A stretch of 64,000 nucleotides of DNA from assembly GCA_030248215.1 (NCBI GenBank), contig JASANG010001519.1, forward strand, positions 186,001-250,000, in the 5' to 3' direction. Position 1 is the first letter of the stretch. Each line of letters opens with the position of its first letter. This document shows positions 1 through 13,215 of this stretch, in pieces. A program made the translations under genes and the position numbers. The notes below the pieces were generated by a model. It was given only the letters and a program-made list of their open reading frames with translations, had not been told where the DNA came from and did no database searches. Origin of the DNA: Enoplolaimus lenunculus. Taxonomy: Eukaryota.

Positions 1-69
1 ACTTAGGTTTAGGCTTAGGCTTAGGAATACGCTCAATATACTGTTACGCCCCTAAAAGTAACATTGACC
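1..69. mobile_element. TTAGGC-carrying MITE family A, right end (truncated by the window edge)
   Basis: TTAGGC repeats, then GGAATACGCT...AAAGTAACATTGACC as in full copies. Confidence 0.75.
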
Positions 70-377
70 ATAGTTGCTGTGTTTTATGGTTCACAAAAAA
101 TTACTCAACGGCATTTCGTTAACTTTGAAACATTGCAGAATATTTACTGACGTAGAACTTTGATAAAAACCTAGCGAGCAAACGAGCGATTGAAAAGCCA
201 GACGTAAAATTTTGTATTAAATCATCCGGTAACAATAGTGGCATTTCTGGTTCATGCTTTGAATGTATAACCCACTTAAACCCGGTAATACGCGTATCGC
301 AATAGCACAGAGTGCAAATTTAACTCCCAACTTGCCGCTTGGCGATCTTTCTTATAATCGTAGACGTAACGTAGATG

Positions 378-630
378 CACTGTAAATTCCAATGAGTTGA
401 ATAATCAACTCAGCTGGGGAGTTAGTTATTTCTGAGTTAATAACACTAAGCATTAATTCACTTTGAGTTGACTTCATTTTCAGTCGCAGTATATTTGATT
501 CCGGGTGAGTGGATCAGTTAATTCAGATTGAGTTGCATCAACTCACAATTCAGAGTTCTGATAGTTTTAAACTCAGACTGAGTGATTCAACTCATTCTGA
601 GTTGAAATCAACACACTGGAATATACAGAG
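378..630. mobile_element. CACTG-ended MITE family D (GAGTTGA/TCAACTC subterminal repeats)
   Basis: Aligns along its length with 25140-25393. Confidence 0.78.
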
Positions 631-884
631 TAGCGTCGCAGGCTAAGAATTTTTTGACGTCTTTAAACGCCAATCGATGCAGATTTTCACACAAAATTGA
701 AACTTTGTGAGTGTAAGAAAGACCTTACCATTTTATCGTTTATTTTTGCAATATTAAACTTGCATGTGCGATTTATTAAATTTAATTTTTGTACTTTGCG
801 GACTGAGTTTCAGACTGAAACTTCGTGAAAAAAGGTATTTGTCAATATGTCACGGCTTAAACCTGCTACTCAACATTAAGCTTG

Positions 885-1166
885 AAGCCCGATTAACACG
901 TGCAAGTTTTCGCTGCGAGAACTTGCAACTGCAACTTTCACTTGCATGTTTTGTCAAAAATCCTGTTCGAAAAACTTGCAGCTGCTTATAATAAATTCAC
1001 TAAAAATCGAAGCTATGAATTCAGTTCACATGTGTGAACAACCATACCCAAATTCAGTGAATTTATTGCAGCCGCTTTCTCATTGGCTAATAAAAAATAT
1101 AAGTTCTGCGTGCAATATGCAGCTGCCAGTTCTTGCAGCAAAAACTTGCACGTGTGGCTAGGGCTT
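885..1166. mobile_element. MITE family F (tentatively PIF/Harbinger-like); other copies ~16631-16860, 19324-19467, 25614-25846, 28462-28720, 34416-35054
   Basis: TIR AGCCCTATTCACACGTGCAAGTTTT with TWA/TTAA flanks and internal TGCAAG/CTTGCA repeats. Confidence 0.75.
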
Positions 1167-1524
1167 TAGTTTTCTCACCCAAACAGAAACGTTTGAATCA
1201 GAACCAATTATATGCGTCACGCAAAAAAGAATGCTACATTTTGATTGGTCCAAAAGACCAAAACCCATTTAAAAGTTACCTCATCTAAAAAGTTTCTGAT
1301 TAAAAATTAATAACATTTAAACCAGCAAAAAATTAGTTTTGGAATGTTTCAAATAATATTCAAAACTTACAATACATTAACTGTTTGAGTTCTGACGCGA
1401 ATGTTGAGCCAACTGAGAACGTAAAGGAATTATCCATCGGTAAAAAAACTACAACTCGGCTTTTTACGCCGCCGCGAATGCCGAGGTTAACATCCGTACC
1501 GTTTAGTGGGCATCCCACTGCCAT

Positions 1525-2519
1525 CACAATAATGACGTCACTATTACGTTTAGATACATTCATAAAACTTAGACCAAATTCTGGTCAGTTCAGGGTAGTG
1601 TTTTATCTGGTTTTACGTGGTCCTCACAATAATGACGTCACTGTTACGTTTAGACACATTCATAAAACTTAGACCAAATTCTGGTCAGTTCAGGGTAGTG
1701 TTTTATCTGGTTTTACGTGGTCCTCACAATAATGACGTCACTGTTACGTTTAGACACATTCATAAAACATAGACCAAATTCTGGTCAGTTCAGGGTAGTG
1801 TTTTATCTGGTTTTACGTGGTCCTCACAATAATGACGTCACTGTTACGTTTAGACACATTCATAAAACTTAGACCAAATTCTGGTCAGTTCAGGGTAGTG
1901 TCTTATCTGGTTTTACGTGGTCCTCACAATAATGACGTCACTGTTACGTTTAGACACATTCATAAAACTTAGACCAAATTCTGGTCAGTTCAGGGTAGTG
2001 TTTTATCTGGTTTTACGTGGTCCTCACAATAATGACGTCACTGTTACGTTTAGACACATTCATAAAACTTAGACCAAATTCTGGTCAGTTCACGGTAGTG
2101 TTTTATCTGGTTTTACGTGGTCCTCACAATAATGACGTCACTGTTACGTTTAGACACATTCATAAAACTTAGACCAAATTCTGGTCAGTTCAGGGTAGTG
2201 TCTTATCTGGTTTATACGTGGTCCTCACAATAATGACGTCACTGTTACGTTTAGACACATTCATAAAACTTAGACCAAATTCTGGTCAGTTCAGGGTAGT
2301 GTCTTATCTGGTTTTACGTGGTCCTCACAATAATGACGTCACTGTTACGTATAGACACATTCATAAAACTTAGACCAAATTCTGGTCAGTTCAGGGTAGT
2401 GTCTTATCTGGTTTTACGTGGTCCTCACAATAATGACGTCACTGTTACGTTTAGACACATTCATAAAACTTAGACCAAATTCTGGTCAGTTCACGGTAGT
2501 GTTTTATGTGGTTTTACGT
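1525..2519. repeat. Tandem satellite, 10 x 100-bp near-identical units
   Basis: Unit CACAATAATGACGTCACTGTTACGTTTAGACAC...GGTTTTACGTGGTCCT recurs at an exact 100-bp period, with one 1-nt insertion near 2214. Confidence 0.97.
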
Positions 2520-2650
2520 CACAAAACGTACATAATTTGCATTGCAAGTAAAACATCAATTCCTGTGAAAAGTATTACTAAAACTGAAATGGAAACTGAT
2601 TTTTACAGCCAATACCAGCGAAGGAACAATGGAGAATGATAAATTTTATA

Positions 2651-2869
2651 GCCCGTATTCTCAAATGCGAATAGCATCTATCATTAGCTAGCGATAGGCT
2701 TTCAAACTGGCGAACCTTTGCAATTGCAGATCTCAAACTCGGAACAGAAGTATGACAAATCAAATGCGAAAATCGTACTGAATTTCGAACTTCATCATAC
2801 GCGGGTTTGAAAGTTGTAAGACCTCTCACTGACTGGCGATAGGCGCTAGACTCATTTGAGAATACGGGT
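2651..2869. mobile_element. Small TIR element (Harbinger-like ends)
   Basis: GCCCGTATTCTCAAATG ... CATTTGAGAATACGGGT. Confidence 0.65.
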
Positions 2870-3182
2870 CAAGAATTTGAATGGAAGACAATTTTCCAGT
2901 TTAATTCTTATAAAATTTAAAATTATTTAAAACACCCGCCTCAACTCAATCCTGGTTCAAACTGAGATAAAACTAGGTGTCAAATTGAACCAAAATGTAG
3001 TGTTTTATGTCGGCAAGCTGAGAATACAAGTACAACACTGTTTTAATTGACTATAAATGTAGAATAATGTAAAAAGATACTTAGCTACAAAGTCTTAAAA
3101 ATTAGTATAAAAATATTATCCGCAACAATTTTTCTGTCATGAGACGAGACCGCTTTATTATTATATTGGTATCATTGTTTGA

Positions 3183-3387
3183 CAGGGTAGCAGCAGTCGC
3201 CCCCCATACCGCCCATTTGCCGCCCCTTTGGGGACCCCACCCCTAAAGGGGCCCCGACCCTAACCGGTTGAAAAAAACCGCTTAAAATTAAAAATGCGTC
3301 TGGCTTCTCGCTCGCTTTGCTCGCGAGTTTGGGTGCCCCACCGTGGAATTTTAGGGAGAGCCCCCATTCCTGCCTGGTCCGACGCTG
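3183..3387. mobile_element. hAT-like MITE
   Basis: CAG..CTG termini, exact 8-bp TSD TTGTTTGA, GC-rich subtermini. Confidence 0.8.
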
Positions 3388-3722
3388 TTGTTTGATACTG
3401 GTATTCTACCATTTGAAACATTGGTTTTTAAACCAAATTAACTACTTTGTTATCGGCTTTTATTCGCTATGAGTGATTTTTCTCTTATTTTCTAGCCTTT
3501 AAAAAGTAGACCGACAACTTAAAACGTGATTTTAAGCTTTTTTACCTTATAAAGGAAACAAATAAACAACGAAATGCAAATATTTTATAATTGAAAACCT
3601 GAGTTATTTAACAACGCGACCTCGGGCTATTCAAGCTAATTATCAACTTCTGAAAGTTGGCGTAATTTGCGGTCGCAGGGAGTCTAGTAATACTGAGAAC
3701 ACATTTTCAGTTTATAAATATA

Positions 3723-3978
3723 CTGTAGCGATCCGAATAAGAGGGGAGACTGATTTGCCTCTACAGAGGGTACCCCCTGTAATTTGGTTACGTACCGTTA
3801 ACTCAACTTTATTTGGTCGTGGAGTCATTATTTGCGCACTGCAATTAAGCATAATTGACATTTATGGACTTAAATTAGGGTTTAGAGACCCTATCCACTT
3901 ACAAACTTTTATTAGGAATACGGATTCCTATTGATTGGAACTCAAAATGAGGATGCCGTCTTATTCGAGTGAGTCCAG
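3723..3978. mobile_element. TA-flanked MITE family E, internally deleted
   Basis: CTGTAGCGATCCGAATAAGAGGGG start; body matches 40643-41088. Confidence 0.75.
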
Positions 3979-4176
3979 TATACACGGTTCGTTTCGTTGG
4001 CGTATAGAACGGGTATATAAGGCGGATATATTCCTCAAAGTTTCTTTTTAACAGGTCTCAAAATAACCTTGTAGATTCTAGAGGCCAATAAATATTTCGA
4101 ACTCTTACAAAAAGAGGTTTATTCTCCGAGCTTTATTATAAAACTGAAACAGTACAAAGCGTATATAAAGGGAATA

Positions 4177-4390
4177 CACTGCAAAAAATGATGAGTCAAT
4201 TTGACTCTCTCCGAAATAAGCTCAACGAGTCTGCCCAAACTGTCTCAAACTCGACTCTCCGCCAGAGTCAAACTCGTCGACTCACTGAATCGCACGTTTG
4301 ACTCTGACGGAGTCAAATTCGACACAGTATGTGTAGTCCCGTAGAGCCTATTTCGGAGAAAGTCAATTTGACTCATTATTTTTTGCAGTT
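4177..4390. mobile_element. CACTG-ended palindromic MITE family C (CMC/EnSpm-like)
   Basis: CACTGCAAAAAAT...ATTTTTTGCAGT with internal GAGTCAAA repeats. Confidence 0.82.
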
Positions 4391-4771
4391 ACGAATTTAA
4401 ATGTAAAATAGTAAAAACAGAAACGGTTCTGCTTGTCATACACCGCGTTCCAGAGCACAGAAAATTCCGTAAAAATGGCAAAACTTACCATCATTGTGTT
4501 TGAATCAGAAATTCATTCCTTTAATCATTATGCTCTACAATTTTAATTCCCATTTAAACCGGTGCTAAAGCCCACAAAACAACAGTAGCAGCTTAACAAA
4601 TGTTACAGTAATCTGAACGGCACTATATCCCTGATTTGGGATTGGTTCCTACCCTTATGTATTCCGCACTATTTTGAGGGTTAGCGTAACACCAGTACGA
4701 GGTGTTAGTAAATTTGCCAATTAAACCAAAATTAGGCTATGCGGTAAAAGCCATCATTGACAGCCAAATTA

Positions 4772-4820
<49 letters not shown>
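4772..4820. repeat. (ATT)n microsatellite
   Basis: Direct reading. Confidence 0.95.
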
Positions 4821-4822
<2 letters not shown>

Positions 4823-5355
4823 TTGACTCTCGTGCATTTGTCTGGCGCTATCCGCAATCCGAAGCGTGGAATCCAAAGTTTTCTGGTCAAGGGACCTGAA
4901 GGTTGAACAGTTTTATACACATGTATATATGGCGGTACGAGTTTATGGATATGCGTTAGCGAGTGCTCTGTGGACTGCTCCGATATATAGTCCTGCTTTA
5001 GCGGGCGAAACGTTCAAAGAGCCAAAAGCATGTATTACGAGGCGAAGCGGATAGATTTGTAGATGAACCTTGTGAGTTGAAAGCCAGGCACATTTTTTGT
5101 ATTCAATTCCCATAGAAATAAATCACAGCTGTTTTGGGTTATGGGGGGGACTGATCGTGGTATCCCCTAAACATCCGGCCATACGTAGAAGTCGTTTTAG
5201 ACTGTTGCCCTTCCTTCCCATCCAGTATAAAAAAGGTTGACATTAACGTCAGTTATATGATTACGAACTGTCAGACAAGAGACACGTTTACGGCTATTAA
5301 TGCCTTTAAATCTATATATCAACAGCAATCACACCTAGAAAACAGGTTAACAATG

Positions 5356-5522
5356 CAGGCTCGTAGTGAGCTCACCTTGCTAGGGGAAGGCTAAAAAATT
5401 TTAGGAGGGACATTCAAGGATTTTTCAATGATTTTCAGGCAAGGATGAAAAGTTTCTAGGGGGGGCCAAAATTTTTCAAGGGGGGGATGAGCCCCCCTGC
5501 CGTCCCCTTGGCTACGGGCCTG
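5356..5522. mobile_element. hAT-like MITE (related fragments ~10590-10745, ~27767-27875)
   Basis: TIR CAGGCTCGTAG/CTACGGGCCTG; exact 8-bp TSD TAACAATG. Confidence 0.87.
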
Positions 5523-6839
5523 TAACAATGACACTTTGCAAAACCTATACCTTTTTGCCAAACCAGTTGGCCAATACTTTTATTGGGTTAAATGGATATT
5601 AATAATTCACAGCAACACAGTTACGGTTAAATAAACCCGTTATGTGTTGTATTGTTGGCGAACGATTAATATTACTGTCTCACAGTGATTTCATGACAAA
5701 TAAATTAGCTTTTCCTGCTCATTGAAGAATGCAAAAAATATATATCAAAACGACTCGATCTCAAAGTTGCACCAGCTCAAGCCTGATTTAGGTTTAATTT
5801 TGCCATGACGTACAAAAGCCTCATTGGCCAGCAGTCAATGAATAATGTGAACCAGTTTTGTTGCCATCGGACCTAGGATTGAAACATATTTTTGGTTTAA
5901 GAATATCAGGCACACGACATAGGTGTACACTAGTGATACAGATGACATTTTTCGAAAAGAAAACAACATATAATCTATTCTGGACTTGAGTTCAATTTGA
6001 ACGTCCGGAAAGCTTTAATTCGAAACGTCGGGAATAAATCATCCAAGCACCCAATGGTACAGGAGCCTAAAAACACTTTGGGCACTTAAGCCATTTATTA
6101 AATGAGGCAAGTTTATGCTAGTTTGTACGGTATCAGAAATCGCATCTGTTAACCTTTTATTCGAACCGAACGAAATTGTTCGACTCCTGATTTTGTTTAA
6201 ACCATTGAACCAAATATTAATGTGTACCGTTCATTTTGATGTGAGTTGTGGGTTCGTAAATTTCTGATTACGAAGGCTAAAGGTGAATTATAGTAGTGCA
6301 AAAGCATATGCGAGCCAAAAAGCCAAACGCAATTTTAGTACGAAATGTAAAAAAAATTTGAGTTTCAACGCGGTTGGGAGGGCGGCCTGAGAGGCCCCCG
6401 TTTAATTCGGACGTAATGATGTGAAATTTTTTTGGAAAAGTACAAGGTTTTACTATTAATTGAACAGTATTGGAAAACTAAGCTAACGAGGCGTTGCGTC
6501 AATCAGTTATACAGGTTTAATTTCAGATGAATGCCAGCAATTTTTGAGAATATATACAATTCGCGTTCAGTTTAATAGTTTGTTGCTTAGATACCGCTGA
6601 TACAACTGCACAAAACACCATTCGGGTGAAGCCGGCAAACTGCGTCGAATGATTTAGCAAAATGTTGACCTTTTTTGACAAAGTTTTTTCAGTGTAAACG
6701 GTTGGAGTTTAAAGAATTTAAAAAAGCTGATTTCGCCATATGGTTTTCGATTTAAAAATGCATATAAAATGTTGCTAGTCTGATGATGAAACTAAAGCTT
6801 ACGTACATATATACGAATATACAGGCATATAGAATAATT

Positions 6840-7036
6840 GGCCAATGTTACTTTAAGTTGCGTAACAGTAGATTAAGCGGATCACTAAGCCTAAGCCTAC
6901 CCCTAAGCGTTGCAAAAAGGAGTTCATAAGCCTAAGCCTAAGACAAAGCCTAAGTAAAAAAGTATAATCCAGAATCTAAACCTACTCTTTTATAGACCCA
7001 CCGGAAACCTGGCCGTCCCTTAAAGTAACATGGGCC
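6840..7036. mobile_element. TTAGGC-carrying MITE family A (GG..CC termini, 8-bp TSD)
   Basis: TIR GGCCAATGTTACTTTAAG / CTTAAAGTAACATGGGCC; TSD GAATAATT/GAATAGTT. Confidence 0.88.
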
Positions 7037-7563
7037 GAATAGTTTGTCTAATCGCATGGTCGGGCATAAATTTCCACCGAAACATTGCCGCTTCCATGCC
7101 TTTTGGCATCACCAAGTTCAACTATCATTTTTGCATCTTAAAACAAGAACTGTTGCATAGTTGCGTGACTTTAATATACAATCACCACAAACCGAAACCC
7201 CATTTAACTCGGTTTAGTGGTTCCGAATCAAAGTGTACGGGTTGAATGACAAGCTTAATGGATCACAGCGGCGAAAAAATACTTACATCGCTGTTTTTTG
7301 TACATTAATCATTATATTCAAATATTAACTTTAATATTCAAGCTGTTTTTCATAAAAAGTCTAAAAGTTTTATGTGCTTTATCAAATTTTAAAGTTGACT
7401 TTAAATACTTTCCTAATACTGGAAACATTGATGCGCTAGAAAACTGTGACTCTGTACCGTGGGTGTACCAAGAGTGCAGCAGACTAACTGTACTTTCAGG
7501 GAGATAATAGTATCGCTGAACGGAATAATCGCTAACGTTTTACCAATTCTCAAGTAGTTAATG

Positions 7564-8181
7564 GGCCAATGTAAAGAACAGAGATGGTACAGTATTATAA
7601 GTATATTTCTAAGCCTAAGCCTAAGCCTAAGCGTAAGAATGAGCAAATATTCCTAAGCTTAAGCCTAAGCCTAAGCATAAGAATGAGTTGATTCCTAAGC
7701 TTAAGCCTAAGCCTAAGCCGAGCAAAAAAAATTAGTCCAAAGCTTAAGCTTATTCTATTCTAGTCCCACAGAAAAACGTTCCGCCCGTGATATTTGCATT
7801 AGCCGCTCAATGCGTGGCTTTTCATAAGCGGCATCCGAAATCGATCCATCTCTTGTTTTATAAAATATATATTTTAAATTTGTTCAAACATTCAAACAGG
7901 CAGAATTTGCATGCTTAAGTTCAGTATTTCGGCTTAGGCAAATTTTTAAATGTTATGCAAACGCTTAGACTTACGCGGCCGATGTATAGAACAGGGGGCC
8001 GTAATAGTAGTGTAAGCCTACTCCTAAACTTAAGACTAAGCCTAAGCATAAACCTAAGCGTAAGAATGAGCTTACACCTAAGCCTAACCCAAAGCCTGAG
8101 CAATAAAAATAATCTATAGTTTTAGCTTACGCTATTGCAGTCCTACAGAAAAACGTTTCGCCCCTGATCTTTACATGGACC
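7564..8181. mobile_element. Two TTAGGC-carrying MITE family B copies (7564-7804, 7977-8181)
   Basis: GGCCAATGTAAAGAACAG-type starts, GCCTAA arrays, shared ends (..AAAAACGTTCCGCCC..CAT..CC). Confidence 0.82.
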
Positions 8182-8908
8182 GGGTTTAAGTAGGAAAACA
8201 TTTTTCTGACCTTATCCTAAGTCGAACGCTATGCCTGAGCCGATGCCTAAGAGAAAGCGTACAAGAGCCAATTTTGTATATAACGGATAGATCAACGGTT
8301 AATATAACTTGGTTAAAACCGACGTTTAATATCTACTTCAAAACAATCTGCATACGATACACAAGATATTCAAACGAATATGTTACAATTTCAATATGAA
8401 ATATTTCGTTCAATTAAACAACGCTTAAAAGGATAAATGTGCTGTAGACCGAAAACCATAAAGCTCTTTGACGGTAAACCCTCGACTACCATATGCGATT
8501 CATGAAACGGAGCCAAAACTGGGTACAACTGACTACCCTCGCCACGGTTTCAAAACCAAATCTCTTGTATTACAATTTATATCGTTCCAAAATTGCGTTT
8601 GGCGTCAAGGATTTCTTTCCAAATACATACAGCGCCACCTGCAGGTGGGACACCAAAATCTTGGATCGGATGCTGTGCGAAATGTTGACAACATATTTTA
8701 GTGTTTACACTTTTACACGACGCTAAACTTATTTTGAGCAAAGTTGAAATGTTTTCATGGTATGCAAGCGTGCTTCAGACCTTTAAATCATTAAAAGCCG
8801 GAAATTCTTAATGCAGTTTATGACGAGTTTGACGTGTCGACGATGACATAAAATTTTCACTGAAACTCTTTTCAAAATAAAGCTGCAAAAGTTAGTTATT
8901 GACAATTC

Positions 8909-9254
8909 GACCCATGTTTACTTTAAGGACCGTAATGGTTTCTCAAACGACTGCAATTGAGTATAAGTTTAGATTTTAGATTATTTTTGCATTGGCTAAT
9001 ACGTTTAGAGTTACGATTAAAAACGCATTTTTACACTAAGGTTTAGGAATATGCTCAATCCAGAGGTAACGCGGTAAGGGTAACATTGGTCCACAATTTT
9101 AATTTGTAACCTATTTAAGCCAATGTTACTTTAAGGTGCGTCCAGGTTTCTGGTGGGTCTATAAAAGAGTAGGTTTAGATTCTAGATTACATTTTTTTGC
9201 TTAGGCTTAGGAATACGCTTAATTTGCTGTTACGCCCTTAAAGTAACATTGGCC
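8909..9254. mobile_element. Two adjacent family A MITE copies (8909-9091 degenerate, 9118-9254)
   Basis: Family A TIRs; TSD of the second copy CCTATTTA/CCTATTTG. Confidence 0.8.
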
Positions 9255-10000
9255 CCTATTTGCATCAGGACACAATCGAGTATCGGGTTTAAAATGCTCA
9301 GTTTTTACGCGCGGCAAACTTTTAAGTTTTAAGGTGAAAATCAACGCTATTGTCTGTTTTATTTCTGGTCAGGTGCTGCCCGTGCTTTATTTAGATATGT
9401 TTGAAATTTTGTTGTTTCTAGTCAAATTCATTTGTAAAATTCATTGAAACTATTTCGCAAAACTGCGTTAAAGTGCGAATCACCAGCGATCTTTAAAATA
9501 CTGATCTGACTTCAGGCGTTTATAAAACGTCGGTCGTGGGTAGATAGGGTAGATTTTTGTTGCGCAGGTATACCCACGTGTAAAAAAATTGTTGTTTGCC
9601 TGGTTCACATATTAAGGGTAAAAAAGCAACGCTTCAGGAAAAATTCGGCCCATACAAACATCAGAGGCGGAAAGTTTTTCGGCGGTGCTGCAATAGAATA
9701 AGCTTAAGCCTTACACTTCTTTTTTGCTTCAGCTTATATACGCTTTGGCTTAGGTATAAACTCATTTTTAGACACCCGTGGGCCTTAGCTTAAGCAAAAG
9801 CTTAGCAATATGTTTATACTACTGTTGCAGCCCTGTTTTGCCCAAAAACTCTAACAATATTACCTTAGGTTTCGGTATAACTTGTAATGATCCACCTCAA
9901 CCTGTATTATAATTTTTTACTTTCGGTCGCATTCGCGTATCTACGGATAAAATGAAACCTTTTTAGCCATCACTATAACCGCATAATTCATAGAAAAGTG

Positions 10001-10148
10001 GGCCAATAACAGGGACGGAACAGTATTATAAGCATATTCCTAAGCCTAAACCTAAGCCTAAGCCAAGCTAAAAATTTTGTCTAAAGCTTAAGCTTACTCT
10101 ATTCTAGTACCACAGAAAAACTCTCCGCCCCTGGTGTTTACATGAGCC
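10001..10148. mobile_element. TTAGGC MITE family B
   Basis: Exact 8-bp TSD GAAAAGTG; GCCTAA repeats. Confidence 0.88.
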
Positions 10149-11040
10149 GAAAAGTGTACGCACAAAATACCTTTGTTGTGGTTAGCAATACTAGAATTTA
10201 TTAGCATAGCGACTTCAACGACGCCGAAATTGTAATAAAAGTAACAGCCATTTTAATTACATAAATGCCACTTGAACCAAATACGTTTCGCCTGTGGTGA
10301 CAAAAACTTTACTTATCGATCAATAGCAGTTTTTGTTAGCAAAAAATAGTTTCGTTCAAATATAACACACAGAATCCAACATACATTTGGACGCATGTCC
10401 CCCAGCAATTGATTCCAAACCGATGAAGCAGAGGTCACATAAACTAGGGTGCGATATATAACGGTAGAAGAAACCTAGCGAACGAAGCGAGCCAGAAACT
10501 AAACGCAACTGGTACTAATTTGGAAGCCGTCTCCACGGTATATTTATGCAAAATTATTTGACACCAAAAATGAACTGGCCGAGCCATTTCCGGACTCTTA
10601 GTCAGGGGGGAACAGAGGGGACTAAGCCCCCTGTTTGCCCGCCCCCAGAAAGTTTTCAATCTTGCTTATAAATCAACGAAAACCCATACATGCTCCAACT
10701 GAAAATTTTTAGCCCCCCTAGCGAGGTGAGGTGGCTACGGGCAGGGTGATTCCTGTTGCGTGTACCGGGTGGCTGTCCTGAGCAACATTTTGGAAACTTA
10801 ACCTTTCACAATTTACTATGATAAACGACTGAGTTATATTTACTTTGATGTTGAACAACTTCCGGTCTACAACAGATAAAACTGCTGAAAAAGCATTTTA
10901 TGCCCTATTCGCAGCTTATATTTTCGTAAACTCTCTGGTAATTAAGAGCAGCTTTGACCGATAATTAGTAATTACGTCACGAGTTTGAAGCCCACCGAAA
11001 TTACAGCAAAATGTTGGTGAAATATATAATAGAATTTTTC

Positions 11041-11235
11041 GGTCAATGTAAAGAACAGGGGAACAACAGTGTTATAAGCATATTCCGAAGCCTAAGCCTA
11101 AGCCTAAGCCTAAGCGTAAGAATGAGCATATTTCTAAGCCTAAGGCTAAGCCAAACAAAAAAATCGTCTAAAGCTTAACCATACACTTATCTAGTCCCAC
11201 AGAAGTACGTTCCGCCTCTGATCTTTACATGAGCC
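11041..11235. mobile_element. TTAGGC MITE family B, just 3' of the GPCR
   Basis: Family B TIRs; TSD AATTTTTC/AATGTTTC. Confidence 0.85.
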
Positions 11236-11396
11236 AATGTTTCTAAACAACGGATTCATAAAAAATCGTTTCGCATTATGTAGATAGTGTAAACTTTGTC
11301 CTTCATATTTATTTACAATCTTCGAAGTGGATACGACAAAGTTTGCATTAAATCATACTTTTAAACCAGAGTATTTTTATAATTTTTTCTCAAAAA

Positions 11397-13167
11397 TCAT
11401 ACTTCAGTGACTTTGAGCATCGTTTCAACAGTACCATCAACGCCATCTTCTCGCTTGAGTACAACTTTTGTGCCATTTGTCGCTGCTGATCGTCGCCGAA
11501 AATTTAAACCAATCAGCTTCGATCTGGGTTGCAGCCGTGCGGTGCACGCCGTTCGCCATTGGTTACACCAATTTGGCGTCGTTTGAAAACACGTTTTGAT
11601 TCGTTGAACCCGGTCGGCAACAATTTGACGAAATTTAGCATAAAATATAAGATAAATAACGAAATTTACAGAACAATTAAAAACAACTAAAAAGTTACTT
11701 GCGTCTACTAAGTAGCTCATTAATGTCGGCGCGTCAAGGCTGCTTTCGAGAAAATTAACCACCAGACCGAGCATATTGCACGCGATAAACAGTACAACGA
11801 CCATTATCAGCGTTACAGGACTGTCTTCTTCTTCTTCTGTGGCCGATTTGGCTGGTGGGTAATTGAATGCAGGACGGGTTTGTTCCAACGCAATTGTGCT
11901 TTTTGGAGATTCAATCAGAGATGATGTTTTACAATGTACATTTGGGTCTGAAATTAAACGATTACAACTGTACATTCTAAAGGACAACAGAATTTAGCTG
12001 TGATCTTTTTCTTACGAGAATAATTTTTATTTGTTTATCGTTTGAAAATACAACTCAAACCCAAGTCTGTCGAGTGGAAGGCATTTACTGTGCTCATTAA
12101 GCTATACAAGCTTGACGCTCGAATTTGAAAACCTATGGCAAATAAACATGGCCGCTATTGCCAATTGCCTTCTCACTATAATTGATATCTCACTCAGAAA
12201 TCTCTGGGTCGGTCACAAATACGGCTAAAACCAACGCTTACTGTACTGCAAAAAATGGTGTATCAAAGTGACTCTCTCCGAAATAGGCTCTACGGGTCTT
12301 CAAACTCGACTCCTTCAGAGTCAAATTCGACTGACTTAGACGCACGTTTGACTCTGGCTGAATCGAATTTGTCTCAGTTTGTGTAGTGCCGTACAGCCGA
12401 TTTCGCCGAGAGCCGATTTGACTCACCATTTTTTGCAGTTTTGGATGACTTAAACAAACTTGCAGACAGCACCATGGCCTTACAAGTTACAGCTTACACC
12501 TACCTCTTTGCGTCTTTAAGGGTTTCACAACGGGTTTCAAACTCCTTATCTTAAATTTTAATCCATAGGTACTGTACTGTACGGTGCAAGTAGCATCCAA
12601 GGCAACTCTGACCAACACAAATAACCATTGGACTTAAAAGAAATCTCATTCTTGTGCAGTCTTTTCGCACAGGCTTAGTCTAACAATTAGGCTTAGGCTC
12701 ATTAAAATTCTCACCTAAGCCTAAACGTAAATCTTTAGCTAAAGGCTTTTGCTAACCCGAAGCTTAAACCGAAGCCTAATCGTAAGCTTTAAATGTTATA
12801 TGTGGCGAAACAACCTAAGACAGCAGCCAGCATAACAAATTTACAAAGGACCAAAAATACACAGTGGAATACTTTTTTAGATTTCGCATAAGTAAACAAG
12901 TGGAGCAGAAAAAAAGGTTTCCAGGAGGCCAAACTATTGCCTAAAGGTGATGGTAATATTTCGCCCCGTTCCTGGCTAACAGCTCATCGACTTACAACAA
13001 ATCTGGTTCAATTCTGGCGACCCATTCGTTTGGTGTCTTTTATCGCCATCGCCAACATATGGTACCGCTACAAGTTTCCGATCGCTGAGCGCACTACAAC
13101 TAACCGACCCGTTGCATGAACAACGATTGCAACCTGCTATATGTTGATGATCTTGCAGTTTGTCTGA

Positions 13168-13215
<48 letters not shown>

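Noticed and set aside
1..69. True chromosome end at the window start
   Set aside because: Only a few TTAGGC units, followed by the family A MITE terminus.
1525..2519. Possible CRISPR array
   Set aside because: Units are near-identical along the full 100 bp with no unique spacers, no cas genes are present, and the context is eukaryotic.
7413..8103. ORFs with LRLRLR, LGLGLG or SLSLSL runs (also at 16308, 19694, 30189, 32959, 61874)
   Set aside because: These are translations of TTAGGC/GCCTAA repeats in MITEs.
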